From the NCBI GenBank assembly GCA_049582805.1, contig JBAUUR010000012.1, positions 244 through 64,243 on the forward strand: DNA of 64,000 nucleotides. Reading direction: 5' to 3'. How positions within the stretch are numbered: the first letter of the stretch is position 1; each line of letters opens with the position of its first letter. Of the stretch, positions 17,874 to 28,930 are shown in pieces. The notes under the pieces are model-generated. The model was given only the letters and a program-made list of their open reading frames with translations, was not told the DNA's origin and did no database searches. The stretch is from Gallionellaceae bacterium (GTDB lineage Bacteria > Pseudomonadota > Gammaproteobacteria > Burkholderiales > Gallionellaceae). Both the position numbers and the translations under genes were made by a program.

Positions 17874-18836
17874 ATGAACACAAATCCACCTCCTTTCACC
17901 CTGGGTGAGATCGACACAATATTCAGCAACGTCGATCCTGAAGTGGTATGGCACAAGGCCATGGGTATTGTCATGCGCATCAGTCCTGATTATGACTCAT
18001 CGCTGACGCGCGCCGTGTTTAAGGACGTGATGCGTCTGTTCCGGGGTGAGTATCCCGGTTATTTCGCCATCCAGACGCCGTATCACGATCAACGGCATAC
18101 GCTGGATGTCTTCATGTGCGCCATCAGATTGATGCATGGCATGCATCTCTCGGGCACCCGTTTTGATGACCAGGATATTTCGCTGGTTTTTATCGCAACA
18201 CTGATGCATGACCTCGGCTATGCGCAGCATGAAGGAGAAGAAGGCGGAACCGGAGCGAAGTTCACCAGATCCCATGTTTCACGCGGCATCGATTTCATGC
18301 GGAATTACCTTGGCAATCTGAATTGCCCGCCCGCCTATGCCGAATCCCTGAAATTCATCATGCGCAGCACTGACGTGGATTTTCCGTTCCAGAATATCGG
18401 TTTCCCGGATCAGCGTTCCCGCTTGCTGGGCCAGATTGTCGGGACTGCCGACATCGTTGGTCAAATGGCTGATCGCGCCTATCTGGAAAAATTGCAGTAC
18501 CTCTACCTGGAATTCAAGGAAGCAAATTTGGGGGATTACCAAAGCACCTATGACCTGCTGTGCAAGACCAGGAGTTTTTACGAGTTCACTCTTGAAAAAC
18601 TGGATGGGACATACAACAGCCTGTATACCAAATTATCTTTCTATTTCCTGGATACGATGGGAGTCGACAATAACTACTATCTGGAATCCATCGAAAAGAA
18701 CATCGCTTACCTGTCGAAAATCACCGCCCTGAATGAGGAGCAATACCAAGCCATGCTCAAGCGCAGCAGCAAGCTGGAGAAACCAGAAAATACGGACGAA
18801 GCGAATTCTTCCAGTGGCAGCCATTCAGCTGCGTGA
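17874..18836 (+). CDS. HD-domain metal-dependent phosphohydrolase
   Basis: H...HD signature (YHDQRHTLDV ... LMHDLGY). Confidence 0.7.
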   Translation: MNTNPPPFTLGEIDTIFSNVDPEVVWHKAMGIVMRISPDYDSSLTRAVFKDVMRLFRGEYPGYFAIQTPYHDQRHTLDVFMCAIRLMHGMHLSGTRFDDQDISLVFIATLMHDLGYAQHEGEEGGTGAKFTRSHVSRGIDFMRNYLGNLNCPPAYAESLKFIMRSTDVDFPFQNIGFPDQRSRLLGQIVGTADIVGQMADRAYLEKLQYLYLEFKEANLGDYQSTYDLLCKTRSFYEFTLEKLDGTYNSLYTKLSFYFLDTMGVDNNYYLESIEKNIAYLSKITALNEEQYQAMLKRSSKLEKPENTDEANSSSGSHSAA

Positions 18837-19228
18837 GCTCCATGCTGCCTTTATCCCACTACGAGCGCATTGGCGGCGAAAAAAAAGTGCGCGAGCTGGT
18901 ACAACGCTTCTACCGGATGATGGACGAGCTTCCCGAATCCCATGGCATACGCAAACTCCATCCGGCAGACCTGAAAAGTTCAGAAGACAAACTGTTCAAG
19001 TTCCTGTCCGGCTGGATGGGAGGCCCGCAGTTGTATGTTCAGGAACACGGCGAAGCCATGTTGCGGCGGCGCCACCTGCCTTTCCCCATCGGCGACGCTG
19101 AGCGGGATCAGTGGCTGATGTGCATGAAACAGGCCCTGCAGGAAGTCGTCGAGAATGACCAACTGCGCAACGAACTGCTCGCTTCCTTAACCAAGGTGGC
19201 GGAGCACATGCGCAACCGACCAGCCTGA
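18833..19228 (+). CDS. glbO: Group 2 truncated haemoglobin (GlbO/YjbI-like)
   Basis: YERIGGEKKVRELVQRFY...HP...FLSGWMGGPQLY...RRRHLPFPI is typical of trHbO. The start is either GTG 18833 or ATG 18842. Confidence 0.8.
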   Translation: MSSMLPLSHYERIGGEKKVRELVQRFYRMMDELPESHGIRKLHPADLKSSEDKLFKFLSGWMGGPQLYVQEHGEAMLRRRHLPFPIGDAERDQWLMCMKQALQEVVENDQLRNELLASLTKVAEHMRNRPA

Positions 19229-19406
19229 TTTCCTCCCGCCAGCCAATGACAACTCCACTCCACACGCGACGGGTCGCTTAGTGGATTGCGGATGTTCAGT
19301 GCTCCACGCAGGGACCGGCAGTTTGCATGGCACCTGAAGTTAAATTACCACCGGCAAAGCCGGTGGCTTATTGGGTGAGCCCCTCAAAGGGGCCGATAAA
19401 CCCGTG

Positions 19407-19430
19407 AGCCGCCCAGGGCGGCTGGTTTTT
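19407..19430 (+). terminator. Rho-independent terminator after glbO
   Basis: agccgcc-cag-ggcggct (7-bp GC stem) followed by GGTTTTT. Confidence 0.65.
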
Positions 19431-19545
19431 GCTCCTTCCCCCTTGCAGGGGGAAGGTTGGGATGGGGGTAGAACAGTGGAGATGCAAAGTTTCTACCCCC
19501 TCCCTAGCCCTCCCCCTGCAACGGGGAGAGCGAAGCGAGGGGGCC
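19431..19545. repeat. GEG-type repeat cluster (three hairpins) in the glbO/htpG spacer
   Basis: cttcccccttgcagggggaag; gggggtagaa-N17-ttctaccccc; ctccccctgcaacggggag. Confidence 0.75.
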
Positions 19546-19641
19546 GAACGATATTGCTTAGTTTTTACTTCGCTCTTTCATGACCGCTGGAACGGTCAAA
19601 CCTAACGGAGTCCCGCATATCCGGGGGTTTACCTTAGTTAA

Positions 19642-21546
19642 TTAACTCCCGCCCATCTCCAGCATCAGTTGATTCACGCGCTTGACGAAACCCGCGGGGT
19701 CGTCAAGTTGCCCGCCTTCGGCCAGCAAGGCCTGGTCGAACAGCACTGCCGCCCAGTCGTCGAAACGCTGGTCCTCGTTTTTCAAGCGCAATACCACCGG
19801 ATGCCTGGGATTGATTTCCAGAATCGGCGGCGAGTTGGGCGCTTTCTGTCCGGCAGACTTCAACAAGCGCGCCAGGTTGCCGCCAATGTCGTGCTCATCC
19901 GCCACCAGGCAGGCCGGGGAATCGGTCAATCGGTGCGTGACGCGCACTTCCTTCACGCGGCCTGCGAGGCTGTCCTTGATTTTGCCGGTCAAATCCCTTA
20001 ATTCGTCCGCTTCCTTTTCCTGTTCCTGCTTTTCCGTTGCATCTTCCAGCTTGCCCAGATCCAGACCGCCCTTGGCCACGGAAACCAGTTGCTTCCCATC
20101 GAACTCGGCAAGGTTGCTCACCACCCATTCATCCACGCGATCCGACAACAGCAATACTTCGATGCCCTTCTTGCGGAACACTTCCAGGTGCGGGCTGTTT
20201 TTCGCGGCGTTGAAGGTCTCGGCAGTGACATAGTAGATTTTCTCCTGGCCTTCCTTCATGCGGTTGATATAGTCCTTGAGCGACACGGTTTCGTCTGCGC
20301 TGTCGGCCTGCGTCGAGGCAAAGCGCAGCAGCCCGGCGATCTTGTCCTTGTTGGTGAAATCCTCACCTATGCCTTCTTTCAGCACCCTGCCGAATTCGCC
20401 CCAGAATTTTGCATATTTCTCCTGGTCGTTCTCGGCCAGGTCGGACAACATACCCAGCACCTTGCTCGTGCATCCCTTGCGGATGGCTTCGATGTCCTTC
20501 GATTCCTGCAGAATCTCGCGTGACACGTTGAGCGGCAGGTCGGAAGAATCCACCACGCCGCGCACGAAGCGCAGGTAAAGCGGCATCAATTGTTCGGCAT
20601 CGTCCATGATGAACACACGGCGCACGTAGAGCTTGATGCCATGGCGCGCATTGCGGTCCCACATATCGAACGGCGCGCGCGCCGGGATATAGAGCAGTTG
20701 CGTGTATTCCTGCCGTCCCTCGACGCGCGCATGCGTCCATGCCAGCGGATCGTCATAGTCGTGGCCGACGTGCTTGTAGAATTCCTTGTACTGTTCCTCG
20801 GTGATCTCGTTCTTGCTGCGCGTCCATAGCGCGGACGCCTGATTGACAGTCTCGTCCTCGTCCAGTATTTCGTTCTTGCCGTCCTTCCACTCTTCCTTCT
20901 TCATCAGGATGGGCTGCACGATGTGGTTGGAATACTTGCGGATGATATTGCGCAGCTGATGGCCGTCCAGCAGGTCGTCCTGGCCGTCACGCAGGTGCAG
21001 GGTGATCTCGGTGCCGCGCGCTGGCCTGTCCGTCATCTCGATGGAGAATTCGCCGCCGCCATCGGATTCCCAGCGCACGCCCTGGTCCGCGTTCTCGCCA
21101 GCGCGGCGCGTGAGCACCGTCACCCTGTCGGCCACGATGAAGGCGGAATAGAAACCCACGCCGAACTGGCCGATCAGATGCGCGTCCTTCTGTTGGTCGC
21201 CCGATAACCGGGTAAAGAATTCGCGCGTGCCGGACTTGGCAATGGTGCCGAGATTGGCGATCACTTCGTCGCGGTTCATGCCGACGCCGTTGTCGGCAAT
21301 GGTCAGCGTGTGCGCATCCTTGTCATAGCTGATGCGGATGTTCAGCTCGGAATCGTTCTCGAACAGGGAGGCATTGTGCAGCGCCTCGAAGCGCAGCTTG
21401 TCGCAGGCATCGGAGGCATTGGAAATCAATTCACGCAGGAAAATCTCGCGGTTGGAATACAGCGAGTGGATCATCAATTGCAGAAGCTGTTTCACCTCGG
21501 TCTGGAAGCCCAGGGTTTCGCGGGTACTGGTAGCGGTTTCGGTCAT
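19642..21546 (-). CDS. htpG: Molecular chaperone HtpG (Hsp90)
   Basis: [38 protein letters not shown] and [11 protein letters not shown]. Start at ATG 21546 with GGAGA upstream; the longer listed ORF is an N-terminal extension. Confidence 0.95.
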   Translation of the reverse strand: MTETATSTRETLGFQTEVKQLLQLMIHSLYSNREIFLRELISNASDACDKLRFEALHNASLFENDSELNIRISYDKDAHTLTIADNGVGMNRDEVIANLGTIAKSGTREFFTRLSGDQQKDAHLIGQFGVGFYSAFIVADRVTVLTRRAGENADQGVRWESDGGGEFSIEMTDRPARGTEITLHLRDGQDDLLDGHQLRNIIRKYSNHIVQPILMKKEEWKDGKNEILDEDETVNQASALWTRSKNEITEEQYKEFYKHVGHDYDDPLAWTHARVEGRQEYTQLLYIPARAPFDMWDRNARHGIKLYVRRVFIMDDAEQLMPLYLRFVRGVVDSSDLPLNVSREILQESKDIEAIRKGCTSKVLGMLSDLAENDQEKYAKFWGEFGRVLKEGIGEDFTNKDKIAGLLRFASTQADSADETVSLKDYINRMKEGQEKIYYVTAETFNAAKNSPHLEVFRKKGIEVLLLSDRVDEWVVSNLAEFDGKQLVSVAKGGLDLGKLEDATEKQEQEKEADELRDLTGKIKDSLAGRVKEVRVTHRLTDSPACLVADEHDIGGNLARLLKSAGQKAPNSPPILEINPRHPVVLRLKNEDQRFDDWAAVLFDQALLAEGGQLDDPAGFVKRVNQLMLEMGGS

Positions 21547-21607
21547 TGCTTTCTCCGTTGGTAATGGACGCTGGATGATCGGCCAGATTGGGGCAGAATT
21601 GCGAATT

Positions 21608-22186
21608 TCAAGGGGAAGCCGCGAGAGACTTCTCCAGCACCTCGAAACGCAGCCCTTCCACCTTGGGCAAACCAAATCTCGGATCAGCGGAAGGGAACGG
21701 CTTGGTCTGGCCGGTGCGCCGGAAGCCGCGCCGCTGGTAATAGGCGATCAATTCATGGCGCAGCGTGATCACTTGCATCTGCATGCGTGTTGCACCCCAT
21801 TCCGTCCGGACGAAATGCTCCGCCGTCGCCATGACGCGGCTGCCCAGTCCGCGTCCCTGCATTACAGGCTTGATGACCAGCATCCCCAGGTAAGCGGTCG
21901 CCGCATCCACCCGCTCCAGATGCACCGAACCGATGATCTCGTCGCCAAGCAGGCACAGCAGGATCACCGAACCGGCCAGCCCGAGCAGGCGCGCTATTTC
22001 CTCCGCATCGGTGCGTTGCCCGCCCAATAGATCAGCCTCGGTCGTCCACCCGGCGCGGCTTGATTCCCCGCGATAGGCCGAATTGACCAGCGCGACGATG
22101 GCGTCCACGTCCGCCGCTGTGGCACGGCGGAAAAAAAGGTTACTGCTGGTCTCACCCCGGCGTTCCTGTGGGGATGCGGAGGTCAT
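21608..22186 (-). CDS. GNAT-family N-acetyltransferase
   Basis: [17 protein letters not shown] (the Q/RxxGxG/A acetyl-CoA motif). ATGA overlap with the upstream VOC gene. Confidence 0.75.
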   Translation of the reverse strand: MTSASPQERRGETSSNLFFRRATAADVDAIVALVNSAYRGESSRAGWTTEADLLGGQRTDAEEIARLLGLAGSVILLCLLGDEIIGSVHLERVDAATAYLGMLVIKPVMQGRGLGSRVMATAEHFVRTEWGATRMQMQVITLRHELIAYYQRRGFRRTGQTKPFPSADPRFGLPKVEGLRFEVLEKSLAASP

Positions 22187-22578
22187 TCGGAACCCTCGCG
22201 GATTTCGATGAACTCCAGCGCGTTGCCATCCGGGTCGCGGCAAAACAGCGCGCGGCGGCCCGATTTGTTCAGCGTACAGGCAACGCCCGCTGCTGCCAGC
22301 CGACGCATCAATTCTTCCAGATCATTGACCGCCAGCGCCACATGGCGGTCGCGGCCGCCGTGCCGCGGGTGCTGGGGGTGCTGCAATCCTGCTTCCGGGT
22401 TGGACAGTTGCATCAGGTGGATTTGCTGGTTCGCGCCGACCTCATACCACACCCCGGGATAGCCCAGGTCGGGGCGCGCCGGACTGGGCAAAAAACCCAG
22501 CAACGTTTCGTAAAAAATACGCGAACGTCCCAGGTCGGCCGTCAGGAACGAAGCATGCAGCAAGGCGGAGATTTTCAT
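22183..22578 (-). CDS. VOC/glyoxalase-family protein
   Basis: LHASFLTADLGRSRIFYETLLGF ... HVALAVNDLEEL ... FCRDPDGNALEF. Confidence 0.8.
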   Translation of the reverse strand: MKISALLHASFLTADLGRSRIFYETLLGFLPSPARPDLGYPGVWYEVGANQQIHLMQLSNPEAGLQHPQHPRHGGRDRHVALAVNDLEELMRRLAAAGVACTLNKSGRRALFCRDPDGNALEFIEIREGSE

Positions 22579-22846
22579 TATTCAATGTGGTTCAAGTGAT
22601 CCGCACACTATAAGAGCGCTGTATCTGCAAGGCAATTCCACTAACTTGATTAAAATAGCGCGTGGGCAAGGCATTTCTGAAAAAATGCAAATTCAGGCCC
22701 CAGATTTCCCTGAAAACACAGAGACAGCGCAGGTTCGAGGTATTTCGACCGTCGAAAATGGAAGATGGCTGCATTTGCAACAGCCGATGTTTTCCCTCTG
22801 TGTTCTCTTTGGGTATCTGTTTTTTTAAAAAAATGCGGGGGTAACG

Positions 22847-23881
22847 ATGGACTACCGGCAATTGGGCGACAGCGATTTGAGTGTATCAGCATTGTGCCTC
22901 GGCACGATGACCTTCGGCGAACAGAACAGCGAGGCAGATGCCCACGCCCAGCTTGATTTTGCCATATCGCGCGGGGTCAATTTCATCGATACCGCCGAGA
23001 TGTATCCGGTTCCTCCGCGTGCTGAAACACAGGGGCGCACCGAGAGTTATATCGGCTCGTGGTTGAAACACCAGCAGCGCAACAAACTGATCGTCGCCAC
23101 CAAGTTTGCCGGGCCATCGCGCGGGTTTGCCTGGATACGCAACGGCCCGCGCGTCAACCGCAAACACATCACCGCCGCAATAGACGGCAGCCTGAAACGG
23201 TTGCAGACCGACTATGTGGACCTCTATCAGATTCATTGGCCGGATCGTTATGTGCCTATGTTCGGCGGAACCAGCTATGACGTTGCGCAGGAGCACGACA
23301 GCACGCCGATCGCCGAACAACTGCAAGCGCTGGCGGATCTGGTCAAGGCCGGCAAGGTGCGTCACATCGGCCTCAGCAATGAGACGCCGTGGGGGGTATG
23401 CGAATTCGTTAGATGTGCGGAAAAATTCGGGCTGCCGAAGATCGTAACCGTGCAGAACGCCTATCACTTGATGAACCGCACCTTCGAGACAGGACTGGCA
23501 GAAGCGTGCCGCCACCTGCATGTCGGGTTGCTGGCATATAGCCCGCTGGCGTTCGGCTGGCTCAGCGGAAAATACCTCGCCGACCCAAACGCAAAGGGAC
23601 GCATCACGCTCTTTTCCGCCTTTGGACAACGCTACGCGAAACCCAACGTGCCTGCGGCAAGCAAGGAATATGTGCGCATCTCACAGGAAGCCGGCTTGAG
23701 CCCCGCACAGATGGCATTGGCCTTTGCACGCACGCGTTGGTTCAACTGCAGCGTGATTCTCGGCGCAACGAATCTGGATCAGTTGCAGGAAAATCTGGAC
23801 AGCGCCGAGGTGGTTTTATCGGCAGAGGTGCTGGAACAAATCGAGTCGGTGCATAAGATGTATCCGAATCCGGCGCCTTGA
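22847..23881 (+). CDS. tas: NADP(H)-dependent aldo-keto reductase (Tas-like)
   Basis: MDYRQLGDSDLSVSALCLGTMTFGEQ...GVNFIDTAEMYP...IGLSNETPWG. Confidence 0.85.
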   Translation: MDYRQLGDSDLSVSALCLGTMTFGEQNSEADAHAQLDFAISRGVNFIDTAEMYPVPPRAETQGRTESYIGSWLKHQQRNKLIVATKFAGPSRGFAWIRNGPRVNRKHITAAIDGSLKRLQTDYVDLYQIHWPDRYVPMFGGTSYDVAQEHDSTPIAEQLQALADLVKAGKVRHIGLSNETPWGVCEFVRCAEKFGLPKIVTVQNAYHLMNRTFETGLAEACRHLHVGLLAYSPLAFGWLSGKYLADPNAKGRITLFSAFGQRYAKPNVPAASKEYVRISQEAGLSPAQMALAFARTRWFNCSVILGATNLDQLQENLDSAEVVLSAEVLEQIESVHKMYPNPAP

Positions 23882-24405
23882 TACATTCATACACAGCGAC
23901 ATAAATCTACTGCGCGAACTGGCATCGGGGTCGCGCGGTGCTCGGCATCCTCATATACTCGCATGTTTACTCCGGTGCCTGCGCTCCGGGCTTCCCCAAT
24001 GCCAACCCGCTCGCCACGATTTCTGTCGCTATGTATAGATCATGCCAGAGATTCCATGTCGGAGTGTGCGCCATCGCTGCATCAAGGACGAAAAAATCGG
24101 GGCAGTTGCCTGCCCCGATAAGACTAGGTATTGCACCTAGGGGGGAGAAACAAAACATGTTGCGGTGCGGCAATTGAACCGAACCGCAACAATCAGACTC
24201 CAGTGATGCCGTAAAGTTCGCTTGCAATTTACCCAATTTCAGGGAATAAAGCCATGACAGTTCATCCGCTTCCGGACTTCAGGAATGAATGGAAAAAATT
24301 CCGGACAATCGGTCAAGATCAGGGATTGAACGGCTATGGGATTGGCCTGTGCTGACGCAATCCATGAATCGGCTGACGCAGGGCGCGCTTACCACGTTCA
24401 GTTTC

Positions 24406-24451
24406 CGTCATTCCGCGAAAACCAGCGCAGCGAACTACGGCGGGAATGACG
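24406..24451. repeat. IPAFAGMT-type inverted repeat abutting the purT stop
   Basis: cgtcattccgc-N22-gcgggaatgacg. Confidence 0.7.
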
Positions 24452-25663
24452 TCAGAATTTAACCGGCTTCACTTTCCCCGCTGCCAGGCTGGCCCGTTCC
24501 CTCGCCTGATCGGTATCCTTGCCGTTCGCCAACGCCACGCCCATGCGGCGCTTCCTGAAGGACTCCGGCTTGCCGAACAGGCGCAGATCACTTTGCGGGA
24601 CGAGCAGTGCATCTGCCAGACCTTCGAAGGCGATGCCTTTCTCATCCAGTTGGCCATAGATCACGGCGGAGGCGCCCGGCTCACGCAACGATACATCCAC
24701 CGGCAGGCCGAGAATGGCGCGGGCATGCAGTTCGAATTCATTGAGCCGCTGGCTGCACAGGGTGACCATGCCGGTGTCGTGCGGGCGCGGGCTGACTTCG
24801 CTGAACCAGACCTGGTCGCCCTTGACGAACAGCTCGACACCAAAGATTCCCAAACCGCCCAGATCGTCAGTGATCTGTCTGGCGATATCGCGGGCGCGTT
24901 GCAAGGCCAGAGGTGACATGGCCTGAGGCTGCCAGCTCTCGACGTAATCACCGCTCACCTGCACATGGCCGATGGGTTCGCAGAAATGCGTTTCGATTTC
25001 TCCGTTCCCGCCGACCGCACGCACCGTAAGCTGCGTGATCTCGTAGTCAAAATTGATCAAGCCCTCGACGATGACGCGCCCCTGATTCACGCGCGAAGCA
25101 CTGGCGGCATAATCCCACGCAGCCTCCACTTCGCCGGCGTTGTCCACCCTGGACTGTCCCTTGCCGGAGGAGGACATCACCGGCTTGACGATGCATGGGT
25201 AGCCGATGCTTCCATCTATCGAGGCGCGCAGTTGTTCCAGGCTGCTGGCGAACTGGTAGGGCGAGGTTGGCAGCCGCAGCGTCTCGGCGGCAAGGCGGCG
25301 GAGGCCTTCGCGGTTCATCGTGAGTTGCGCGGCACGGGCCGTGGGGATGACTCGCGCCAGCCCTTCCTGCTCGATTTCCACCAACATGGCGGTGGCGATG
25401 GCCTCGATCTCCGGCACGATGAGGTGCGGGCGTTCCTGCTCGATCAATGCGCGCAATGCCGCACCATCCGCCATGTTGATGACATGGGCGCGATGCGCAA
25501 CCTGATGTCCCGGGGCATTGGCGTAGCGATCCACCGCGATGGTTTCCACGCCGAGGCGTTGCAGCGCGATGAGGACTTCCTTGCCCAGTTCGCCGCTGCC
25601 GAGCAGCATGACTTTGGTGGCGGAGGGACTCAGCGGCGTGCCGATTATGCGGTTGTTGCTCAT
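24452..25663 (-). CDS. purT: Formate-dependent phosphoribosylglycinamide formyltransferase PurT
   Basis: [24 protein letters not shown], an ATP-grasp core, and the C-terminal RRMGVALA. Confidence 0.92.
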   Translation of the reverse strand: MSNNRIIGTPLSPSATKVMLLGSGELGKEVLIALQRLGVETIAVDRYANAPGHQVAHRAHVINMADGAALRALIEQERPHLIVPEIEAIATAMLVEIEQEGLARVIPTARAAQLTMNREGLRRLAAETLRLPTSPYQFASSLEQLRASIDGSIGYPCIVKPVMSSSGKGQSRVDNAGEVEAAWDYAASASRVNQGRVIVEGLINFDYEITQLTVRAVGGNGEIETHFCEPIGHVQVSGDYVESWQPQAMSPLALQRARDIARQITDDLGGLGIFGVELFVKGDQVWFSEVSPRPHDTGMVTLCSQRLNEFELHARAILGLPVDVSLREPGASAVIYGQLDEKGIAFEGLADALLVPQSDLRLFGKPESFRKRRMGVALANGKDTDQARERASLAAGKVKPVKF

Positions 25664-26562
25664 GATGCCTGTTTTCCTTCTTCAGTTGTTCCTTTATACA
25701 GTTTGCCGGAGAACAGGCTGGCCGTCACGATCAGCACCGCCCCGGCAAATTCCCGCGCGCCCATTGCCTCGCCCGCCAGAAAATACGATGCCACGGCAGC
25801 GACCACCAGTTCGAACATGAACAGCAGGATGGACCGGTTGGCGGGCAACAGGGTCAGTCCGTATTGCACCGAGAAACTGGTGCAACACAGCACCAGCGCG
25901 ACCAGCAGAATCAGCCACCAAGCAGCCGGCGTGATAGCCTGCACTTGCGCTTCAACATTGCCGCCATACAGCAGGGGAATGGCGGTCAGCAGCGATGTTC
26001 CAAACCACACTGTGGCGGATTTGAAGTTGATGCTCAGTTGCTGCACACGGCGCACCAGGACGTTGGTCGCGGCGAAGCACAGTCCCGCCGACAGCCCGAT
26101 CCATTCGGCCAGGTTTTGTGGCAGCGGCGGGCTGTTGCCGGGTTGCCACAGCATGACGAACGCGCCGCCCAGAGACGATGCGATGATGGCATAACCATAT
26201 CGGTTCAAGCGTTCGCCAAGCATGATTCTGGACAGCAGTACCGTCCACAGCGGTGCAAGGTAGAACAACAGCAGCACGCGCATGACCTCGCCGCCCAGCA
26301 TCGCCAGCACGTAGCCGAGATTGGTCCAGCCCGCGCACAGGGTCAATGCAACACCCCACCAGCCGGCCAGGCGCAATTCCCGCCATATCGGTCCGGACAC
26401 CAGCAATCCGAAAACCAGAGCGATGGCATAGGTCAGGAAAGTGGCCAATTCACCGGAAACGCCTTGCACTGCCAGTGCACGGTAGGGATACCAGATCAAT
26501 CCCCATACCGTCGCCGCATTCAGCAATGAGGCGACCGCCACCACTTTTTGTTTTGAGGCCAC
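25660..26562 (-). CDS. EamA/DMT-family transporter
   Basis: Ten hydrophobic helices in two EamA-like halves. I place the start at GTG 26562; the listed ORF to 26841 would run across the dapC promoter and start. The stop overlaps the purT start (ATGA). Confidence 0.65.
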   Translation of the reverse strand: MASKQKVVAVASLLNAATVWGLIWYPYRALAVQGVSGELATFLTYAIALVFGLLVSGPIWRELRLAGWWGVALTLCAGWTNLGYVLAMLGGEVMRVLLLFYLAPLWTVLLSRIMLGERLNRYGYAIIASSLGGAFVMLWQPGNSPPLPQNLAEWIGLSAGLCFAATNVLVRRVQQLSINFKSATVWFGTSLLTAIPLLYGGNVEAQVQAITPAAWWLILLVALVLCCTSFSVQYGLTLLPANRSILLFMFELVVAAVASYFLAGEAMGAREFAGAVLIVTASLFSGKLYKGTTEEGKQAS

Positions 26563-26747
26563 TCGTTCGCCCTTTATAATGCACCCTTTTTGCCGCCATC
26601 CAAAAGCCTCTGCGCAGCGTAACGAGCACGGGCAAGACAAGGAGGAAGGCGGCGAAAAACCGCAGTGTATATAGACTATACATGAGGATTTTGAGCCGTC
26701 TTTCGACGATGTATCACCAAGCGCAGCAGTTGCGCAGAGGTTTTTGA

Positions 26748-27941
26748 ATGAACCCAGACCTAGATCGTTTGCAACCCTACCCGTTCCAGAAACTTGCCGC
26801 GCTGTTCCGTGAAGTGACACCGGATGGGTCGTTGTCCCCAATCAGCCTGTCCATCGGCGAACCCAAACACGCGACCTCGCAGTTCATCAAGGACGCGCTG
26901 ATCGGCGGCCTGAACGGACTGGCGAATTATCCCACAACCGCCGGCAGCGACGCGCTGCGCAGCGCCATTGCGAACTGGCTGGCGCGGCGCTACGGCATAC
27001 CCGCGCCGGACGCCAGGACGCAAGTCCTGCCGGTGAACGGCAGCCGCGAGGCCCTGTTTGCTTTTGCCCAAGCGGTGATAGACCGCAGCCGCCCAAACCC
27101 GGTGGTAGTCTGCCCCAATCCGTTCTATCAGATCTACGAAGGTGCGGCACTGCTGGCCGGCGCCACGCCGCATTTTCTCAACACGCTGCCGGAAAACGGT
27201 TACGCGCTGGATTTCCCGCAACTGCCGGAAGCAGTGTGGCAGCGCACCCAGCTGATCTATGTCTGTTCACCGGGCAATCCCAACGGTCATGTGATGCCGC
27301 TGGCGGAATGGAAAACCCTGTTCGAAATGGCCGACCGCTACGGCTTCATCATCGCCGCGGACGAGTGTTATTCGGAAATCTATTTCGAGCATCCGCCGCT
27401 CGGAGCGCTCCAGGCCGCGCGGCAACTCGGGCGCGGCGACTACAGGAACCTGGTGGTATTCTCCAGCCTGTCCAAGCGTTCCAATGTGCCGGGCATGCGC
27501 TCCGGCTTCGTCGCGGGCGATGCCAGGATACTGGAGAAATTCGCGCTGTACCGCACCTACCATGGCTGCGCCATGAACCCGGCGGTGCAGGCTGCGAGCA
27601 TCGCCGCATGGAGCGATGAAATGCACGTTGCAGAGAACCGCCGCCTGTATGCGGAGAAATTCGGCCGGGTCGCCGGGATACTCAAGCCGGTGCTGCCGGT
27701 GTCGATGCCGGACGCCGGCTTTTATCTGTGGATACGCACACCGATTGCCGACAGCTCTTTCGCGCAGAGCTTATATCGCGACTATAATGTGGCCGTATTG
27801 CCAGGCAGCTACCTTGCACGCAGTGCGAATGGCGTGAACCCCGGTGAAGGTTTTGTGCGTCTGGCTCTGGTTGCCAGCACTGAAGAGACCGTGGAAGCCG
27901 CGCACCGCATAGCTGATTTCAGCCTTAAAATTCAGACGTAA
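26748..27941 (+). CDS. dapC: Succinyldiaminopimelate transaminase DapC
   Basis: MNPDLDRLQPYPFQKLAALF, the PLP-lysine context SLSKRSNVPGMRSG, and position beside dapD. Confidence 0.88.
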   Translation: MNPDLDRLQPYPFQKLAALFREVTPDGSLSPISLSIGEPKHATSQFIKDALIGGLNGLANYPTTAGSDALRSAIANWLARRYGIPAPDARTQVLPVNGSREALFAFAQAVIDRSRPNPVVVCPNPFYQIYEGAALLAGATPHFLNTLPENGYALDFPQLPEAVWQRTQLIYVCSPGNPNGHVMPLAEWKTLFEMADRYGFIIAADECYSEIYFEHPPLGALQAARQLGRGDYRNLVVFSSLSKRSNVPGMRSGFVAGDARILEKFALYRTYHGCAMNPAVQAASIAAWSDEMHVAENRRLYAEKFGRVAGILKPVLPVSMPDAGFYLWIRTPIADSSFAQSLYRDYNVAVLPGSYLARSANGVNPGEGFVRLALVASTEETVEAAHRIADFSLKIQT

Positions 27942-28032
27942 GACTTGAGACGTAAGACTTAAGTTAAAACAAAACCCGCGTAGCGGACAAAGCCAACTTA
28001 TAACTTACGTCTTACGTCTAAAATCTTACGTC
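27933..28032. repeat. Inverted arrays of a 9-mer (AGACGTAAG / CTTACGTCT) in the dapC-dapD spacer
   Basis: Left arm: agacgtaagacttgagacgtaagacttaagtt. Right arm: aacttataacttacgtcttacgtctaaaatcttacgtct. The central loop contains ccgcgtagcgg. The left arm overlaps the dapC stop codon. Confidence 0.75.
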
Positions 28033-28059
28033 TACCAACTTTAATTAACAGGAAACCTC

Positions 28060-28884
28060 ATGCAAGAATTGCAAGCCATCATCGAATCCGCTTTCGAGCG
28101 CCGTGCTGAAATCACGCCGCGCACAGTTGACTCAAAACTGAAGGAAGCGGTGAACACCGTCATCGAGCAGCTTGACCAGGGCAAGTTGCGCGTTGCCGAA
28201 CGCCGGAGCGTCGGCCAGTGGATCACCCATCAATGGATCAAGAAAGCGGTGCTGCTGTCGTTCCGCATGGAAGACAACTTTTTCATCAAGGGCGGCTTCA
28301 CCAATTACTATGACAAGGTGCCATCTAAGTTTTCCGATTACAATTCCAAGGAATTCCGCGACGGCGGCTTTCGGGTGGTGCCGCCCGCCGCGGCGCGCAA
28401 AGGCTCATTCATTGCCAGGAATGTGGTGCTGATGCCGTCCTACGTCAACATCGGCGGCTATGTGGATGAAGGCACCATGGTGGACACCTGGGCCACCGTC
28501 GGCTCCTGCGCACAGATCGGCAAGAATGTGCACCTCTCCGGCGGCGTCGGTATTGGCGGCGTGCTGGAACCGGTGCAGGCCAATCCCACCATCATCGAGG
28601 ATAATTGCTTCATCGGTGCGCGCTCGGAGATCGTCGAAGGCGTGATCGTGGAAGAGGGCTCGGTGATCTCGATGGGCGTATACATCGGCCAGAGCACCAA
28701 AATCTATGATCGTGAAACCGGCGAAGCGCACTATGGCCGCGTCCCGGCCGGTTCGGTGGTGGTCAGCGGCAATCTGCCTTCCAGGGACGGCAGCTATAGC
28801 CTGTACTGTGCGGTAATAGTGAAAAAGGTTGATGCCAAGACGCTTTCCAAGGTCGGGATCAATGAATTGTTGAGAGGAATATGA
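28060..28884 (+). CDS. dapD: Tetrahydrodipicolinate N-succinyltransferase DapD
   Basis: Hexapeptide-repeat region ([40 protein letters not shown]), 274 aa. Confidence 0.93.
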   Translation: MQELQAIIESAFERRAEITPRTVDSKLKEAVNTVIEQLDQGKLRVAERRSVGQWITHQWIKKAVLLSFRMEDNFFIKGGFTNYYDKVPSKFSDYNSKEFRDGGFRVVPPAAARKGSFIARNVVLMPSYVNIGGYVDEGTMVDTWATVGSCAQIGKNVHLSGGVGIGGVLEPVQANPTIIEDNCFIGARSEIVEGVIVEEGSVISMGVYIGQSTKIYDRETGEAHYGRVPAGSVVVSGNLPSRDGSYSLYCAVIVKKVDAKTLSKVGINELLRGI

Positions 28885-28886
28885 GT

Positions 28887-28916
28887 CGTAGGGGCGTATG
28901 GCAATACGCCCCTACG
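28887..28916. repeat. GTAGGGG-type palindromic repeat / terminator after dapD
   Basis: cgtaggggcgtat-ggca-atacgcccctacg, a 13-bp perfect stem. Confidence 0.8.
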
Positions 28917-28930
28917 CTCCAGGAGAAACC

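Noticed and set aside
19431-19545. Possible CRISPR array, given the recurring GC-rich palindromes (also 5868-5942, 33335-33420, 62306-62392).
   Set aside because: Copies are dispersed over 57 kb, differ in length and sequence, have no regular repeat-spacer periodicity and no cas genes nearby. They behave like REP-type elements.
22579-22846. AT-rich 268-nt spacer with several 60-89-aa ORFs on both strands.
   Set aside because: It is a divergent promoter region between the VOC and aldo-keto reductase genes. The ORFs overlap one another and have no coding features.
24254-24355. 33-codon ORF (MTVHPLPDFRNEWKKFRTIGQDQGLNGYGIGLC) in the long tas/purT spacer.
   Set aside because: It has no convincing RBS and no recognisable motif, and I cannot judge conservation. 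Not supportable as a gene.
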